A DNA stretch of 64,000 bases from Candidatus Versatilivorator sp. GTDB taxonomy: Bacteria; Acidobacteriota; Terriglobia; Versatilivoradales; Versatilivoraceae. Shown here one piece after another: positions 49,589-59,673 of this stretch. Position 1 is the stretch's first letter, and each line of letters starts with the position of its first letter. The stretch is taken from positions 3,904,001 through 3,968,000 of the forward strand of contig OZ242296.1 in the NCBI GenBank assembly GCA_965207735.1, given 5' to 3'. A program made the translations under genes and the position numbers. Under the pieces are notes generated by a model that saw only the letters and a program-made list of their open reading frames with translations, had not been told where the DNA came from and did no database searches.

Positions 49589-51046
49589 CTATCTCAGCAG
49601 CGCCTCCGCCAATATCGCTTTCAACTGCTCGCGCAACCTCGCGGCTTCGGCCTCGGCTGCGTTCAGCTTGGCCAGCAGTTCTTGCGGGTCGCCGTGGTCG
49701 TCTTCGGAGGTGTGCGGGTTCTTGATGTCCAGGTTGTAGCCCCGCGCCTTCACCTCGCCAACCGTTACCTTCCAGGCACGGTCCGTTTGCTTGCGATCTT
49801 TGCGCTCCGCTCCGCCCCACCAGTCGATGCAGGGTTGCAGGTGCTCCAGCCGGATGGGCCTGGTCATGGAGTAGGCTTTCTGGCCCTGAGGCACCAGGTG
49901 CTCGTAGAACCAGATGTTCCGGGTGGGTTCGCCCTTCTCGAAGAAGAGTAGATTGGTGCCGATGGAGGCGTAGGGTCTGAAGACCGAGTTGGGCAGGCGG
50001 ACGATGGTGTGCAGGTAACACTCCTCCAGCAGATGCTCCTTAAGCCGTGTCTTGACGCCCTCTCCGAACAGGGTGCCGTCGGGCAGCACCACGGCGGCAC
50101 GCCCGCCGGGCTTCAACAATCGCACGATCAGAGCCAGGAACAAATCGGCGGTCTCCTTGGTTCGGAAGTGCTGGGGGAAATTGCTCTCGATTCCCTCTTC
50201 TTCCTTGCCGCCGAAGGGCGGATTGGTGAGCACGATGTCCACCCGGTCCTTCTGTTCCCAACTGATATAGGGCCGGGCCAGCGTGTTGTCGTGGCGGACG
50301 AAGCTGGGGTCTTCGATGCCGTGCAGCAACATGTTGGTGACACACAGCATGTGGGGGAGCTGCTTTTTCTCTACGGCGCGCAGGGCGGCCTGCATGGTGT
50401 GCTCGTCCTCGGGACGCCTGACGTAGCGGGTGCGCATGTGGCGCAGGGAACAGGTCAGGAACCCTCCGGTGCCGCAGGCCGGGTCGAACAGGGTTTCGCC
50501 GGGCTTGGGGTCGATGCGGTCGGCCATGAAGGCGGTAACGGCTCGCGGGGTGTAGTACTCGCCGGCGTTGCCGGCCGATTGCAGATCGTTGAGGATCTGT
50601 TCGTAGATGTCACCAAAGTGCTGGCGGGCAGTCAGGTCGTTGAAGTCGACGTCGTTGATCTTGTTGACCACTTGGCGCATCAACTGGCCCGACTTCATGT
50701 AGTTGTAGGCATCCTCAAACACATCACGCACGACGCGCCCGCGGTCCCCGGGCTGGCCGCTCGGGCGGAGATTCTTCAGGGCAGGGAACAGGTCGTTATT
50801 GATGAAGTCAAGCAGGGCATCGCCGGTGGAGCCCTCGGGGTCGGCCGCCCAGGTGCGCCACTGGAGGCGCTCGGGAATCGGCGAGGTGTAGTCGGACTGC
50901 ATCAACTCCAGTTCCTGATCCTGATCGTCGATGATCTTGAGAAAGAACATCCAGCACAACTGGCTGATGCGTTGGGCGTCGCCGTCCACGCCGGTATCCA
51001 GGCGCATGATGTTCTGGATGGATTTGACCTGGGTGCGGACGGCCAT
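49589..51046 (-). CDS. hsdM: Type I RM N6-adenine methyltransferase
   Basis: GEYYTP, DPACGTGGFL, NPPFG. Confidence 0.96.
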   Translation of the reverse strand: MAVRTQVKSIQNIMRLDTGVDGDAQRISQLCWMFFLKIIDDQDQELELMQSDYTSPIPERLQWRTWAADPEGSTGDALLDFINNDLFPALKNLRPSGQPGDRGRVVRDVFEDAYNYMKSGQLMRQVVNKINDVDFNDLTARQHFGDIYEQILNDLQSAGNAGEYYTPRAVTAFMADRIDPKPGETLFDPACGTGGFLTCSLRHMRTRYVRRPEDEHTMQAALRAVEKKQLPHMLCVTNMLLHGIEDPSFVRHDNTLARPYISWEQKDRVDIVLTNPPFGGKEEEGIESNFPQHFRTKETADLFLALIVRLLKPGGRAAVVLPDGTLFGEGVKTRLKEHLLEECYLHTIVRLPNSVFRPYASIGTNLLFFEKGEPTRNIWFYEHLVPQGQKAYSMTRPIRLEHLQPCIDWWGGAERKDRKQTDRAWKVTVGEVKARGYNLDIKNPHTSEDDHGDPQELLAKLNAAEAEAARLREQLKAILAEALLR

Positions 51047-51048
51047 GG

Positions 51049-53463
51049 CTACGCGATCTCCCGATAGAGGGCGTCTTGCATTTCGCGGACGGCCTCAACG
51101 AAGCCCTCCCTGCCGCCAAAGGCCTTGAGTAATTGCACCGGGGTGCCGAGTTCCGTTAAAGGCGGGATGCGGAGCACGGTAACGTCGTCCAGGTTGAATA
51201 CGCCCTCGTCGGCGTACTTGGCGAGGAGCGCATCGAGCACGGCTCGGGCCTTGCCGCCGTACTTGTGGAACACGTCTCGCTTCTTGACGTCGGCGGCGCG
51301 CTCGCGCCGGGTCAAGGGCTTGGCGTCGAAGGCCACGTGGCAGATGAGGTCGAAGGGGTCGAGCTCTCTGTTCAGTTCCTTGGTTATCACATCGAGTTCC
51401 AGGCCTTCGGCTGCCAGCTCGTCGATGATGGCTTGCTTGCGATCGGCCGCGTTCCATCGCCTGAGGAAGTCGTCCAGGCTGGCAAAACGTCTCTTGAGGG
51501 CTTTCTTGGTGAAGTCACGCAGGGATTCTGTGATGAGTTTGCCGTACTGGTCCACGTAGGAGACGCGCTCCGCGACTATGGACGCCCGCACGCCGTTGAC
51601 GTAAATCTTGTACCGGCCACCCTTCGGGGGTGGGTCCGGCGTAACATCGCCGTTGGTTTCGTCCTCATCCGATTGTGGCGGGGTATCATCCTCGTCCGGC
51701 GGCGTGACGGGATCGTTCTCGCCGGGCTCGTAAATCTGGACCGGCTCTCCGTCGAACTCCGGATCGGCGAAGTGGTTGGTGACTCCCCGGAAATCTATCA
51801 GCGTGAAGTAGAGTTTGCGGGTGTTCTCGTGCACTCGGGTGCCGCGCCCAAGGATTTGCTTGAACTCGGTCATGGAGCCGCACTCGCGGTCAAGCGCAAT
51901 CAACCGGCAGGTCTGAACATCGACCCCGGTGGAGAGCAGCCGCGAGGTGGTAACCAGCACGGGATACTTGGATTCGGGGTCGATGAAGTTGTCCAGTTGT
52001 GCCTGGCCTTCGGCGTCACTGCCTGTGATGCGCATGACGTAACGGTGATTCCGGTCCACCAGGTCGGAGTTTTCGTTGATGAGCGCCTGCCTCATGCGGG
52101 CGGCGTGTTCCTGGTCCACGCAAAAGACGATCGTCTTCTGGAAGCGATCGCCGCCTTCCTTCAGGTACCGGGTGACCTTGCGGGCCACCAGCTTGGTGCG
52201 TTCGTCCAGAACCAGGGTGCGGTCGAAGTCTTTGCGGTTGTAGAGACGGTCTTCGACCTCGTTGCCGCCCCGGTCGAGTTGCCCTCGCTCGGGGCGATAA
52301 CCTTCCACGTCCCGGTCGATATGGACCTTGATGACCTTGTAGGGCGCCAGGAAACCATCGAGAATGCCCTGTTTCAGGGAATAGGAATAGACCGGCTCTC
52401 CGAAGTAGTGGATGTTGGAAACGTACCGGGTTTCCTTGGGCGTGGCCGTCAGGCCGATCTGGGTGGCGGTGGAAAAGTATTCCAGGATTTCTCGCCAAGC
52501 CGAATCCTCGGCGGCGCTGCCCCGGTGGCACTCGTCGACCACGATCAGGTCGAAGAAGCCCGGGGAGAATTCGCGGAAAATCTTCCGTTGTTCCTCCGGC
52601 CCGGTGATCGCTTGGTAGAGGCTGAGGTAAATCTCGTAGGCGGTGTCGATGCGGCGCTTCTTGCTGATGGCAGTGGCCAGATCCTCAAAGGACCCGTCCG
52701 CGCGTTCGATGGTTTTAGAGTGGGTCGAGAGCTTGGCCATGGCGGGGCCGAAGGGCCGGAAGTCGTTGACCATGGTCTGATTGACCAATACGTTGCGGTC
52801 GGCCAGGAACAGGATGCGCTTTTTGCGGCCCGCCTTCCACAGCCGCCAGATGATCTGGAAGGCGGTGTAGGTCTTGCCTGTTCCCGTGGCCATGACCAGC
52901 AGGACGCGGTCGCGGCCCTTGGCGATGGCCTCGACTGCGGCGTTGATGGCGTTGACCTGATAGTAGCGCGGCGCCTTGCCGCCGCCGTCGTCGAAATAGT
53001 CCTGAAGGACGATCTTCTCGGACTCGGCCGTCAGTCCCTTCCAGGCGCGAAAACGCGACCACAGGTCGCCCGGCGGCGGAAAGGCATCGAGGGCGAGCGT
53101 GGTTTCCTTGGCGGTGGCGCTGGTGCGGTCATGGAACAGGAAGCCGTCGCCATTGGAGGAGAAGACGAAGGGAATGTTCAACGCGTCGGCGTAGTCAAGG
53201 GCCTGCTGGATGCCGTCGCCGATGGAATGGTTGTTGTCCTTGGCTTCGATCAGAGCGATGGGCAGGTTGGACTTGTAGTAGAGAACGTAGTCGGCCCGCT
53301 TGCCTTTACCCCGGCTGACCAGCTTGCCGCGCACTACGATGCGTCCCTTGGTGAAGTGGACTTCCTCGCGGATTTGCGTCATCTCGTCCCAGCCGGCTTT
53401 CCGCAGGGCCGGGGTGATGAACTTGGTGCAGATGTCCCGTTCGCTCAGGCTCTTCTTGTCCAT
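51049..53463 (-). CDS. hsdR: Type I RM restriction subunit
   Basis: ADY..IEAK nuclease motif, MATGTGKT, DECHRG, QILGRGTR. Confidence 0.95.
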   Translation of the reverse strand: MDKKSLSERDICTKFITPALRKAGWDEMTQIREEVHFTKGRIVVRGKLVSRGKGKRADYVLYYKSNLPIALIEAKDNNHSIGDGIQQALDYADALNIPFVFSSNGDGFLFHDRTSATAKETTLALDAFPPPGDLWSRFRAWKGLTAESEKIVLQDYFDDGGGKAPRYYQVNAINAAVEAIAKGRDRVLLVMATGTGKTYTAFQIIWRLWKAGRKKRILFLADRNVLVNQTMVNDFRPFGPAMAKLSTHSKTIERADGSFEDLATAISKKRRIDTAYEIYLSLYQAITGPEEQRKIFREFSPGFFDLIVVDECHRGSAAEDSAWREILEYFSTATQIGLTATPKETRYVSNIHYFGEPVYSYSLKQGILDGFLAPYKVIKVHIDRDVEGYRPERGQLDRGGNEVEDRLYNRKDFDRTLVLDERTKLVARKVTRYLKEGGDRFQKTIVFCVDQEHAARMRQALINENSDLVDRNHRYVMRITGSDAEGQAQLDNFIDPESKYPVLVTTSRLLSTGVDVQTCRLIALDRECGSMTEFKQILGRGTRVHENTRKLYFTLIDFRGVTNHFADPEFDGEPVQIYEPGENDPVTPPDEDDTPPQSDEDETNGDVTPDPPPKGGRYKIYVNGVRASIVAERVSYVDQYGKLITESLRDFTKKALKRRFASLDDFLRRWNAADRKQAIIDELAAEGLELDVITKELNRELDPFDLICHVAFDAKPLTRRERAADVKKRDVFHKYGGKARAVLDALLAKYADEGVFNLDDVTVLRIPPLTELGTPVQLLKAFGGREGFVEAVREMQDALYREIA

Positions 53464-53673
53464 GGCGACTGGTTCGGCAGGAACCCTGGCCTGGCTGGCC
53501 CGGGGGCGGCTGCGAGCTTCCGCGCGATCTTGAGCCTCCATGGGAAGCGCGCGTTTGTGCCGCCAGCGCCATCCCCTCAATCCAACGTTCGTCTTGGGGT
53601 GCTTCCCGTCTTTTCAGTGTCGCTGAATGCGGGAGTCCCGAAGCAGCTTTGATTGCGCAGCCGAAAAGAAACG

Positions 53674-54069
53674 TTAACCGAGTTGCTCCCAGAACGCACG
53701 CGGCGAGACGATTGGAACGGTGACTTCGGCTGCGACTTCAAGCAGGTCACGATCACCAGTGACAAGGAAGTCGGCACGTCCCTCTATCGCGGCCGCAACG
53801 ACCCAACGATCATCCGGGTCGCGCTTCGGCCACACGGCGGGGACGGCGGGCTCAACGACCTCGGCCTGCCTTCGCAGAAAGGACGAAAGCGTCTTGGCCT
53901 GCAGGGGAGGCAAGTGAAGCTTCTGTACGAGGACGCGCTCAAATTCGGCCAGCACGGTCTCGCTCACGACCATCTCGTGTTCCGCCAAAGTGACTCGGAA
54001 GATGTCCTCACAAAGCCCGTGCGTCGCGTATGCCGCGACCAGCACGTTGGTGTCCAGGAACACCCTCAT
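53674..54069 (-). CDS. PIN-domain toxin
   Basis: VFLDTNVLV, RDPDD, LVTGDRDLL. Confidence 0.9.
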   Translation of the reverse strand: MRVFLDTNVLVAAYATHGLCEDIFRVTLAEHEMVVSETVLAEFERVLVQKLHLPPLQAKTLSSFLRRQAEVVEPAVPAVWPKRDPDDRWVVAAAIEGRADFLVTGDRDLLEVAAEVTVPIVSPRAFWEQLG

Positions 54070-54281
54070 GAGACGTTTCGAGAAACGTCTTCATCCGTTA
54101 GCCAACCTTTGGCCTTTGCGAAAGGCGCGACACTCTGACGCAGTTCTTCAAATTGGGCCAAGGCCAGTTGGCGGCGCAAGGCACGGCGAATCAACTCGCT
54201 CTTGGGGCGTCCCGTGCGTTTTGCGAGTTTCGTCAACTCAAGGGCGAGTTCTTCATCCAGGCGAACCGTGATCGTGTTCAT
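54066..54281 (-). CDS. CopG/RHH antitoxin
   Basis: TITVRLDEEL..KSELIRRAL; ATGA overlap with PIN gene. Confidence 0.88.
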   Translation of the reverse strand: MNTITVRLDEELALELTKLAKRTGRPKSELIRRALRRQLALAQFEELRQSVAPFAKAKGWLTDEDVSRNVS

Positions 54282-54398
54282 GGCACCTATTTTGAGACAT
54301 GGATGAGGAGGGAGCAAGCCGTATTCGGAACTTGACCTGGCGCATGATGTCCCGGGTGGATTTGACCAGGATGCGGGCTCCGATCCGCGGGCACCCCC

Positions 54399-55700
54399 TC
54401 AGTATTCCAGGCTCGGCTGCGCCCCGCCGTTCTTGCTTGCCCGGATGTCGTAGCAGTTGAGCACGCCCTGGTTGCGGATGTAGAGTCTGCCGCCGCTCAC
54501 CACCGGGTGGGCCCAACTGGGCCATCCCTGGTCGGCCACCTCGAAGCGGCCTTTCTCCCGGTACTCTTCGGTCGTAGCTTCGGCCAGGCCCACCACGTTC
54601 TTTTCGCTGAAGAGGTAGAGATGGCCGTCGGCATAGATGACCGATCCCTTGCCCACGCTGCGGTCCTTCCACATCACCTTGCCGGTCTCGAACTCCATGC
54701 AGGTGAGGATGGCGTTGGAGAACCCGTAGAGGTAGCCGTCGACCAGGACCACCCCGCCGTGGTGGTTCATCATTTCGCGGTTGAAGTAGACCTCCTCGGC
54801 ATCCATGGAGCCGTTGTCGGCCTTGAGCTGCAGCAAGGCGCAGCCGGTGCCGTAGGCGGAGCTGTAGAAAGCCCGGTCCCGGTATAGGACCGGAGTGGTG
54901 ACGTTGGCGGTCCGGTTGGCCACCGGCTCATAGCGCCACAACAGGTGCCCGTCATCGGCCCTCAGCCCCACGGCCGCGGCGGCGGTAAAGGCCAGCAGGG
55001 TGCGGATGCCCTGGACTTCAGCCACCACGCAGGAGGAGTAGCCGGCCCGGTCGCTGAGCTCCTTGCTGGTCCAAATGGTTTTTCCGGTATTCTTGTCCAG
55101 AGCCACCAGGCTGGCCTGATCGCCGCCGGGCATCACGATCAGCCGGTCGCCGTCCACCAGAGGCGACTCGCTGATGAGCCACTTGGGATTCTCGCCCTTG
55201 AAATCCTTGAGGATGTTGCGGTGCCACAAGGTCTTGCCGTCGCCGGCCTGCAGGCAGGTCAGGTCGCCGTTTTCGGTCAGCACGTAAATGCGGTCCTCGT
55301 GGATGGTGGGAGTCCCCCGGGGACCGGGTCCGCGGCCATGGTCCAATCGATCCCCCAGGGACACGGTCCAGAGCGTCCGGCCGCTGCTTTCCTCGAGACA
55401 ATACAGGGTACTGTCGTTTTCGCGGGTGCCCTGGACGAAGATCCGGCCTCCCTGAATGGCCACGCTCCCATAGCCCTCTCCCAGGTCGGAAGTGGACCAG
55501 ACCAGAGCGGGGCCGCCGGCCGGCCACTGCCCAAGCAATCCGGTTTCGGTGGAAAGGCCGGTTCTTTCCGGTCCCCGCCACTGGGGCCACAGGCCCTCGG
55601 GAAAGGAATGGTTCGATTGGGGAAGCTGTACCTGGCTGCAGGAAGCCAAAACGATGACGGTGGCAATCAGTGCTGCGGTCGGGAGCCTCTTGTGGCTCAT
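54399..55700 (-). CDS. PQQ-like beta-propeller repeat protein, copy 2
   Basis: Near-identical to 31309-32610. Confidence 0.85.
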   Translation of the reverse strand: MSHKRLPTAALIATVIVLASCSQVQLPQSNHSFPEGLWPQWRGPERTGLSTETGLLGQWPAGGPALVWSTSDLGEGYGSVAIQGGRIFVQGTRENDSTLYCLEESSGRTLWTVSLGDRLDHGRGPGPRGTPTIHEDRIYVLTENGDLTCLQAGDGKTLWHRNILKDFKGENPKWLISESPLVDGDRLIVMPGGDQASLVALDKNTGKTIWTSKELSDRAGYSSCVVAEVQGIRTLLAFTAAAAVGLRADDGHLLWRYEPVANRTANVTTPVLYRDRAFYSSAYGTGCALLQLKADNGSMDAEEVYFNREMMNHHGGVVLVDGYLYGFSNAILTCMEFETGKVMWKDRSVGKGSVIYADGHLYLFSEKNVVGLAEATTEEYREKGRFEVADQGWPSWAHPVVSGGRLYIRNQGVLNCYDIRASKNGGAQPSLEY

Positions 55701-56199
55701 GGCGATTCTCCTTTCGCTCAAGATGGCCGCATTGTACACCTTTGCGCCCGGGCTTGGACCCATTCAATTGGGGCCGGCGGACGTCATTGCCGGAAACGCC
55801 CGCCGGCCTCTCGCGAGGCAGGTGCTCTCAGGGATTCGTCATCCCACCTGCCTGCTGCGGGCAGGTGACATTCCTTTTTTGACCTGCACCCGGCGGCCCA
55901 GGCTCTCCTACCTCGGGCCGGCTTATCGTGGTACACTGGCCGGGAGAGCCGTCAACAAAACACCCCCTCACCTGGTCTGATCTCCCTCACAGCAGGTCCG
56001 TCAAAGTGGAAGGAGAATCGGCAATGAGAATCAGCGCGGAGTTGATCGCCATCGGCATTTTGGGCGTATCCCTGGTCAGTTTTGGATGGAAGGTTTCTTC
56101 CGCAAGAGGTGTTTTTCTCCTGGCCGAGTTAATGAGAATGTGAATCGTCCCTCGGCCCCTGCAGGCTTATGGCGAGGCCGGGTTCACGGGGAGGGCCTT

Positions 56200-57885
56200 A
56201 TGAAGTTGGGATTGATTGGCTTGTTGGGCGTCGCTATAGCGTTGGCCGTCGCCTATTTTCCGAAAGAATCGGAAGAACCATTGGAAACTGAAATGAGTTG
56301 GAAGGCTTCAGGTCGGGTCGGGGCGGTGGCGGCCGGCGACAGCCGCGCCGTGGACGCCGGGATCGAAATTCTCCGCGACGGCGGCAACGCCGCCGATGCC
56401 GCGGTGGCCGTCATCCTGGCGCTCAGCGTGACCGATTACGGGCAATATTGCATCGGTGGAGAGGTCCCGTTTCTCATTTACGACACCCGGCGTGAAGCCG
56501 TGGAGGTGCTCTCGGGTCAGGGAGCGGCTCCCAAGCTGGCGACGCTGGAGCATTTCAGCAAGATCGGCGGGATCCCCCAGGGAGGAGACCCCAACAACCT
56601 CCAGTCCGCGGCGGTCCCGGCGGTCATCGACCTGTGCGTGACCGCGTTGGAGCGTTACGGCACCCGAACCTTCGCCCAAGCTGCCCGCCCGGTGCTGGAG
56701 ATCCTGGACGCGGGAGAGGAATCCTGGCACCCGAAGCTGGCCGGAACGCTGCGGCGCCTGATCGAGGCCGAGAACCAGGCCGAGGGTGGACGGATGCAGG
56801 GGCTGCGCGCCGTTTCCGACCGCTTCTACCGGGGAGACATTGCCGAGGAGCTGGACGCCTGGTACCGGAAACATGGCGGACTGCTGCGGAAGGAGGATCT
56901 GGCCGCCCACCGGACCTGGGTGGAGGAGCCGGTCACGGTTGACTATCGCGGCTATACCGTCTGCAAGGCCGGGGTCTGGACCCAGGGCCCCTATCTCTCC
57001 CAAACCCTGCGATTGCTGGAGGGTTACGACCTGCGGCAACTGGGTCACCTTTCCGCCGACTACATTCATGTCGTCACCGAGGCCATGAAGCTGGTCCTGG
57101 CCGACCGTGATCTCTACTACGGAGATCCGCGTTTTGTGGAGGTGCCCCTGGCCAACCTCTTGTCCGACCGGTACACGCTACTGCGCCGTCCGCTGATCGA
57201 CCTCGGGAAGGCCTCGCTCGCGGTCCGTCCGGGAGATCCCCACGGCATGCGCCCGGTCCAGGTGTCTCGCAAGCAGGCTCCGCGGAGTGTTGGACGGTCC
57301 AGCGATACCACCACCTGCGTGGTGGCCGACCGCTGGGGCAACGTGGTGGCGGCCACGCCCAGCGGGTGGGGCAGCCAGGTGGATGAGGGCGGAAGCACCG
57401 GTGTCACCCACGGGACCCGCCTGGTCAGCCTGAACACCTGGGAGGGCCACCCCAACGTGGTGGCTCCCGGCAAACGGCCTCGAATCACCCTGACGCCCAC
57501 CATCGTCCTCAAGCAGGGCAAGCCGGTCATCGCCATCAGCGTGGCCGGGGGCGATCATCAGGACCAGGTGAGCCTGCAACTGCTGCTGGATGCCGTCGAG
57601 TTCGGGATGAAGCCGGCTCAGGCCGTCACCGTCCCCCGTTTCGCCACCGCCCATCACACGGGCTCCTTCAGCCAGCCTCCTCCCCAATTGGGAAGCCTGA
57701 GCCTCTATGAGGGCACCGACAAGGGGGTGGCCGACGAGCTCAAGGGCCGCGGACACAGCCTGCAGTTCGTGGAGCGGGTGGCCAGTCCGGTCATGCTTCA
57801 GGTAGATCCTGAGGATGGAACGGTTCTGGTGGCCGGCGATCCCAAGGCGGGCCGCCACGCCGCGGCGCTAGAGAGTGGAGAGTGA
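56200..57885 (+). CDS. Gamma-glutamyltransferase family protein with N-terminal signal/anchor
   Basis: GGNAADAAVA, FYRG, DTTT nucleophile, PGKRPRITLTP. Confidence 0.88.
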   Translation: MKLGLIGLLGVAIALAVAYFPKESEEPLETEMSWKASGRVGAVAAGDSRAVDAGIEILRDGGNAADAAVAVILALSVTDYGQYCIGGEVPFLIYDTRREAVEVLSGQGAAPKLATLEHFSKIGGIPQGGDPNNLQSAAVPAVIDLCVTALERYGTRTFAQAARPVLEILDAGEESWHPKLAGTLRRLIEAENQAEGGRMQGLRAVSDRFYRGDIAEELDAWYRKHGGLLRKEDLAAHRTWVEEPVTVDYRGYTVCKAGVWTQGPYLSQTLRLLEGYDLRQLGHLSADYIHVVTEAMKLVLADRDLYYGDPRFVEVPLANLLSDRYTLLRRPLIDLGKASLAVRPGDPHGMRPVQVSRKQAPRSVGRSSDTTTCVVADRWGNVVAATPSGWGSQVDEGGSTGVTHGTRLVSLNTWEGHPNVVAPGKRPRITLTPTIVLKQGKPVIAISVAGGDHQDQVSLQLLLDAVEFGMKPAQAVTVPRFATAHHTGSFSQPPPQLGSLSLYEGTDKGVADELKGRGHSLQFVERVASPVMLQVDPEDGTVLVAGDPKAGRHAAALESGE

Positions 57886-57902
57886 AGAGTGGAGAGTGGA
57901 GA

Positions 57903-58373
57903 ATGATGAGTGACCGGTGGAAAGTTGCGAGGCACTTCATGCTCCTTTCAGTGGTCCTTGCGCCGCTGGTTTTGTTCAGCGCAATTCCCTTGCTTGCGGG
58001 TTCCAGGGTGGCTGTCACCGTCAACAAGGTCAGGCCGGGAAAGGGAATGTTGCACATTACGCTGGTCAACAAGGCCCAGTTTCTGATGCGGCGGAAGTTG
58101 AAAAAGCCCTTGATGAAAGGCATCGTCAAGGCGCTGGGCAAGTCGGTTCAGTATGAGTTCAAGGATGTGCCTCCGGGGGATTACGCGGTTCAGGTGTTGC
58201 AGGACTTCGACGGAGACGGTGATATGACCGACAACTGGCTGGGTCTTCCGAAGGAGCCTTGGGGGATGTCCAACAACCCGCCCATCGGGTTGGGCGGTCC
58301 CAAATGGGAACGCGCCAAGTTCACCGTCACCGACGACTCCGAGGTGGTGACGGTCAGCCTCGACTTGAGGTAG
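57903..58373 (+). CDS. DUF2141 family exported protein
   Basis: PGDYAVQVLQD, GLPKEPWGMSNN; start uncertain. Confidence 0.8.
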   Translation: MMSDRWKVARHFMLLSVVLAPLVLFSAIPLLAGSRVAVTVNKVRPGKGMLHITLVNKAQFLMRRKLKKPLMKGIVKALGKSVQYEFKDVPPGDYAVQVLQDFDGDGDMTDNWLGLPKEPWGMSNNPPIGLGGPKWERAKFTVTDDSEVVTVSLDLR

Positions 58374-58405
58374 TTTGAGAAAGCGAGGGCGCAACCCCTC
58401 TGCCA

Positions 58406-59530
58406 TCAGAGGGATCGACCCGGCCCAAAGGGGTTGGGGGCCGCGCTGGGAGACTCTTGCACGACCAGGCTGGCCGCAAGAAGCCCCACCGAGTAGCTGG
58501 TGGTCACGCCGTGCCCCGCCAGGCCCGCCAGCCAGAAGAACCCCTTCACCGACGAGTCCCATCCCACAACGAATCGACCGTCGGGCGCCAGAGTTCTGAG
58601 TCCGGCCCAGGATCGCCGGATGGGAAGATCGGAAAGCCCGGGATAGTGGCGGGTCACTTTGTCGGCCAGCATCTGCAGGGCCGCCGGATCGTCCGCCGCC
58701 GTCCCGGGTTCCTGAGCTTCCTCATCGCAAGGGCAGAGGAGAAGGCCCCCCGATTCGGGGCGAAAGTAGAGTTCCTGGCTGAGGTCCCAGACAATGGGCC
58801 ATCGAGGATCGACCCGGTCAAGCGGCTTGGTCACGAACAGATGGCGGCGATAGGGGACCAGCGGGACCGTGGAGGCGCCGGCCAATTGACCGATCTGTTG
58901 AGCCCAGGCTCCGGCCGCATTGACCACGACATCGGCCGATATTTCTTCGGATTCCGTTTGGACGGCGCAAATCTTGTCCTGGCGGACTACAACCCGGCGC
59001 AGGGCGCTTGAGGTCCTCAACCGGGCACCGGCCGAGGCTGCCGCCTTCAGATAACCGTGCAGCAGGCCGTGGATATCGACCACGCCGTCGGTGGGGCACC
59101 ACAAGCCTCCTTCTGCCGGAGCACCCTCCAGGATCGGCACGGCCTCGACAATGCGTTCGATGGGCCACCACTCCGCCGGCACCCCCCGTTCGCGGCTGCG
59201 GGCGCCGTCCTGCTTCAGCCTGGCTGAATCCTTGGCCGAGGCCAGCAAGAAGGAGCCATTCTGTTCGAAGCGGGTTTCCAGGGGCCAATCCGGGGGCAGG
59301 CGGCGAAGGAAGGCCGCTCCTCCCCGGGCCAGGGCGGCGACGGACTCATGGGGAACCACCTGGCGGACCATGGCCGCGTTTCTTCCGGAGGCGTGCATCC
59401 CGGCAACGTCCTCCTGTTCCAGGATGGTGACCCGATCCATCCCCATGCGGGTCAGATGAAAGGCCGTGGCCGCTCCGGCGAACCCGGCTCCGACCACCAC
59501 GATGGACGGTTGATGATTGCTCGAAATCAT
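58406..59530 (-). CDS. FAD-dependent oxidoreductase (DAO/glycine oxidase family)
   Basis: GAGFAG, SGRNAA, VNAAGAW, WAGLR, GHG. Confidence 0.88.
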   Translation of the reverse strand: MISSNHQPSIVVVGAGFAGAATAFHLTRMGMDRVTILEQEDVAGMHASGRNAAMVRQVVPHESVAALARGGAAFLRRLPPDWPLETRFEQNGSFLLASAKDSARLKQDGARSRERGVPAEWWPIERIVEAVPILEGAPAEGGLWCPTDGVVDIHGLLHGYLKAAASAGARLRTSSALRRVVVRQDKICAVQTESEEISADVVVNAAGAWAQQIGQLAGASTVPLVPYRRHLFVTKPLDRVDPRWPIVWDLSQELYFRPESGGLLLCPCDEEAQEPGTAADDPAALQMLADKVTRHYPGLSDLPIRRSWAGLRTLAPDGRFVVGWDSSVKGFFWLAGLAGHGVTTSYSVGLLAASLVVQESPSAAPNPFGPGRSL

Positions 59531-59673
59531 GATCCGGGGAGAAATCGATGTACGGGAATGGCGTCCCTACCGAGCGGCTGCCAACGACAGGGAAGCGAGT
59601 GTTCCTTGCCGCCGGCCGTCCGCTCTTGAGATAATGCAGCTCCCGCTAACGCGCTTGCGAAAGGAACCCTGCC

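Noticed and set aside
51265-53652. Long antisense or alternative-frame ORFs (also 7805-9109, 14079-15572, 23698-25149, 27772-29256, 42166-43458)
   Set aside because: Shadows of well-supported genes in GC-rich DNA, with no motifs of their own
56024-56143. Small membrane peptide MRISAELIAIGILGVSLVSFGW
   Set aside because: Has an RBS but is too short to support a call without homologues
57871-57905. GAGAGTG heptamer run as a phase-variation tract
   Set aside because: Only about five imperfect units at a gene junction; no evidence of length variation
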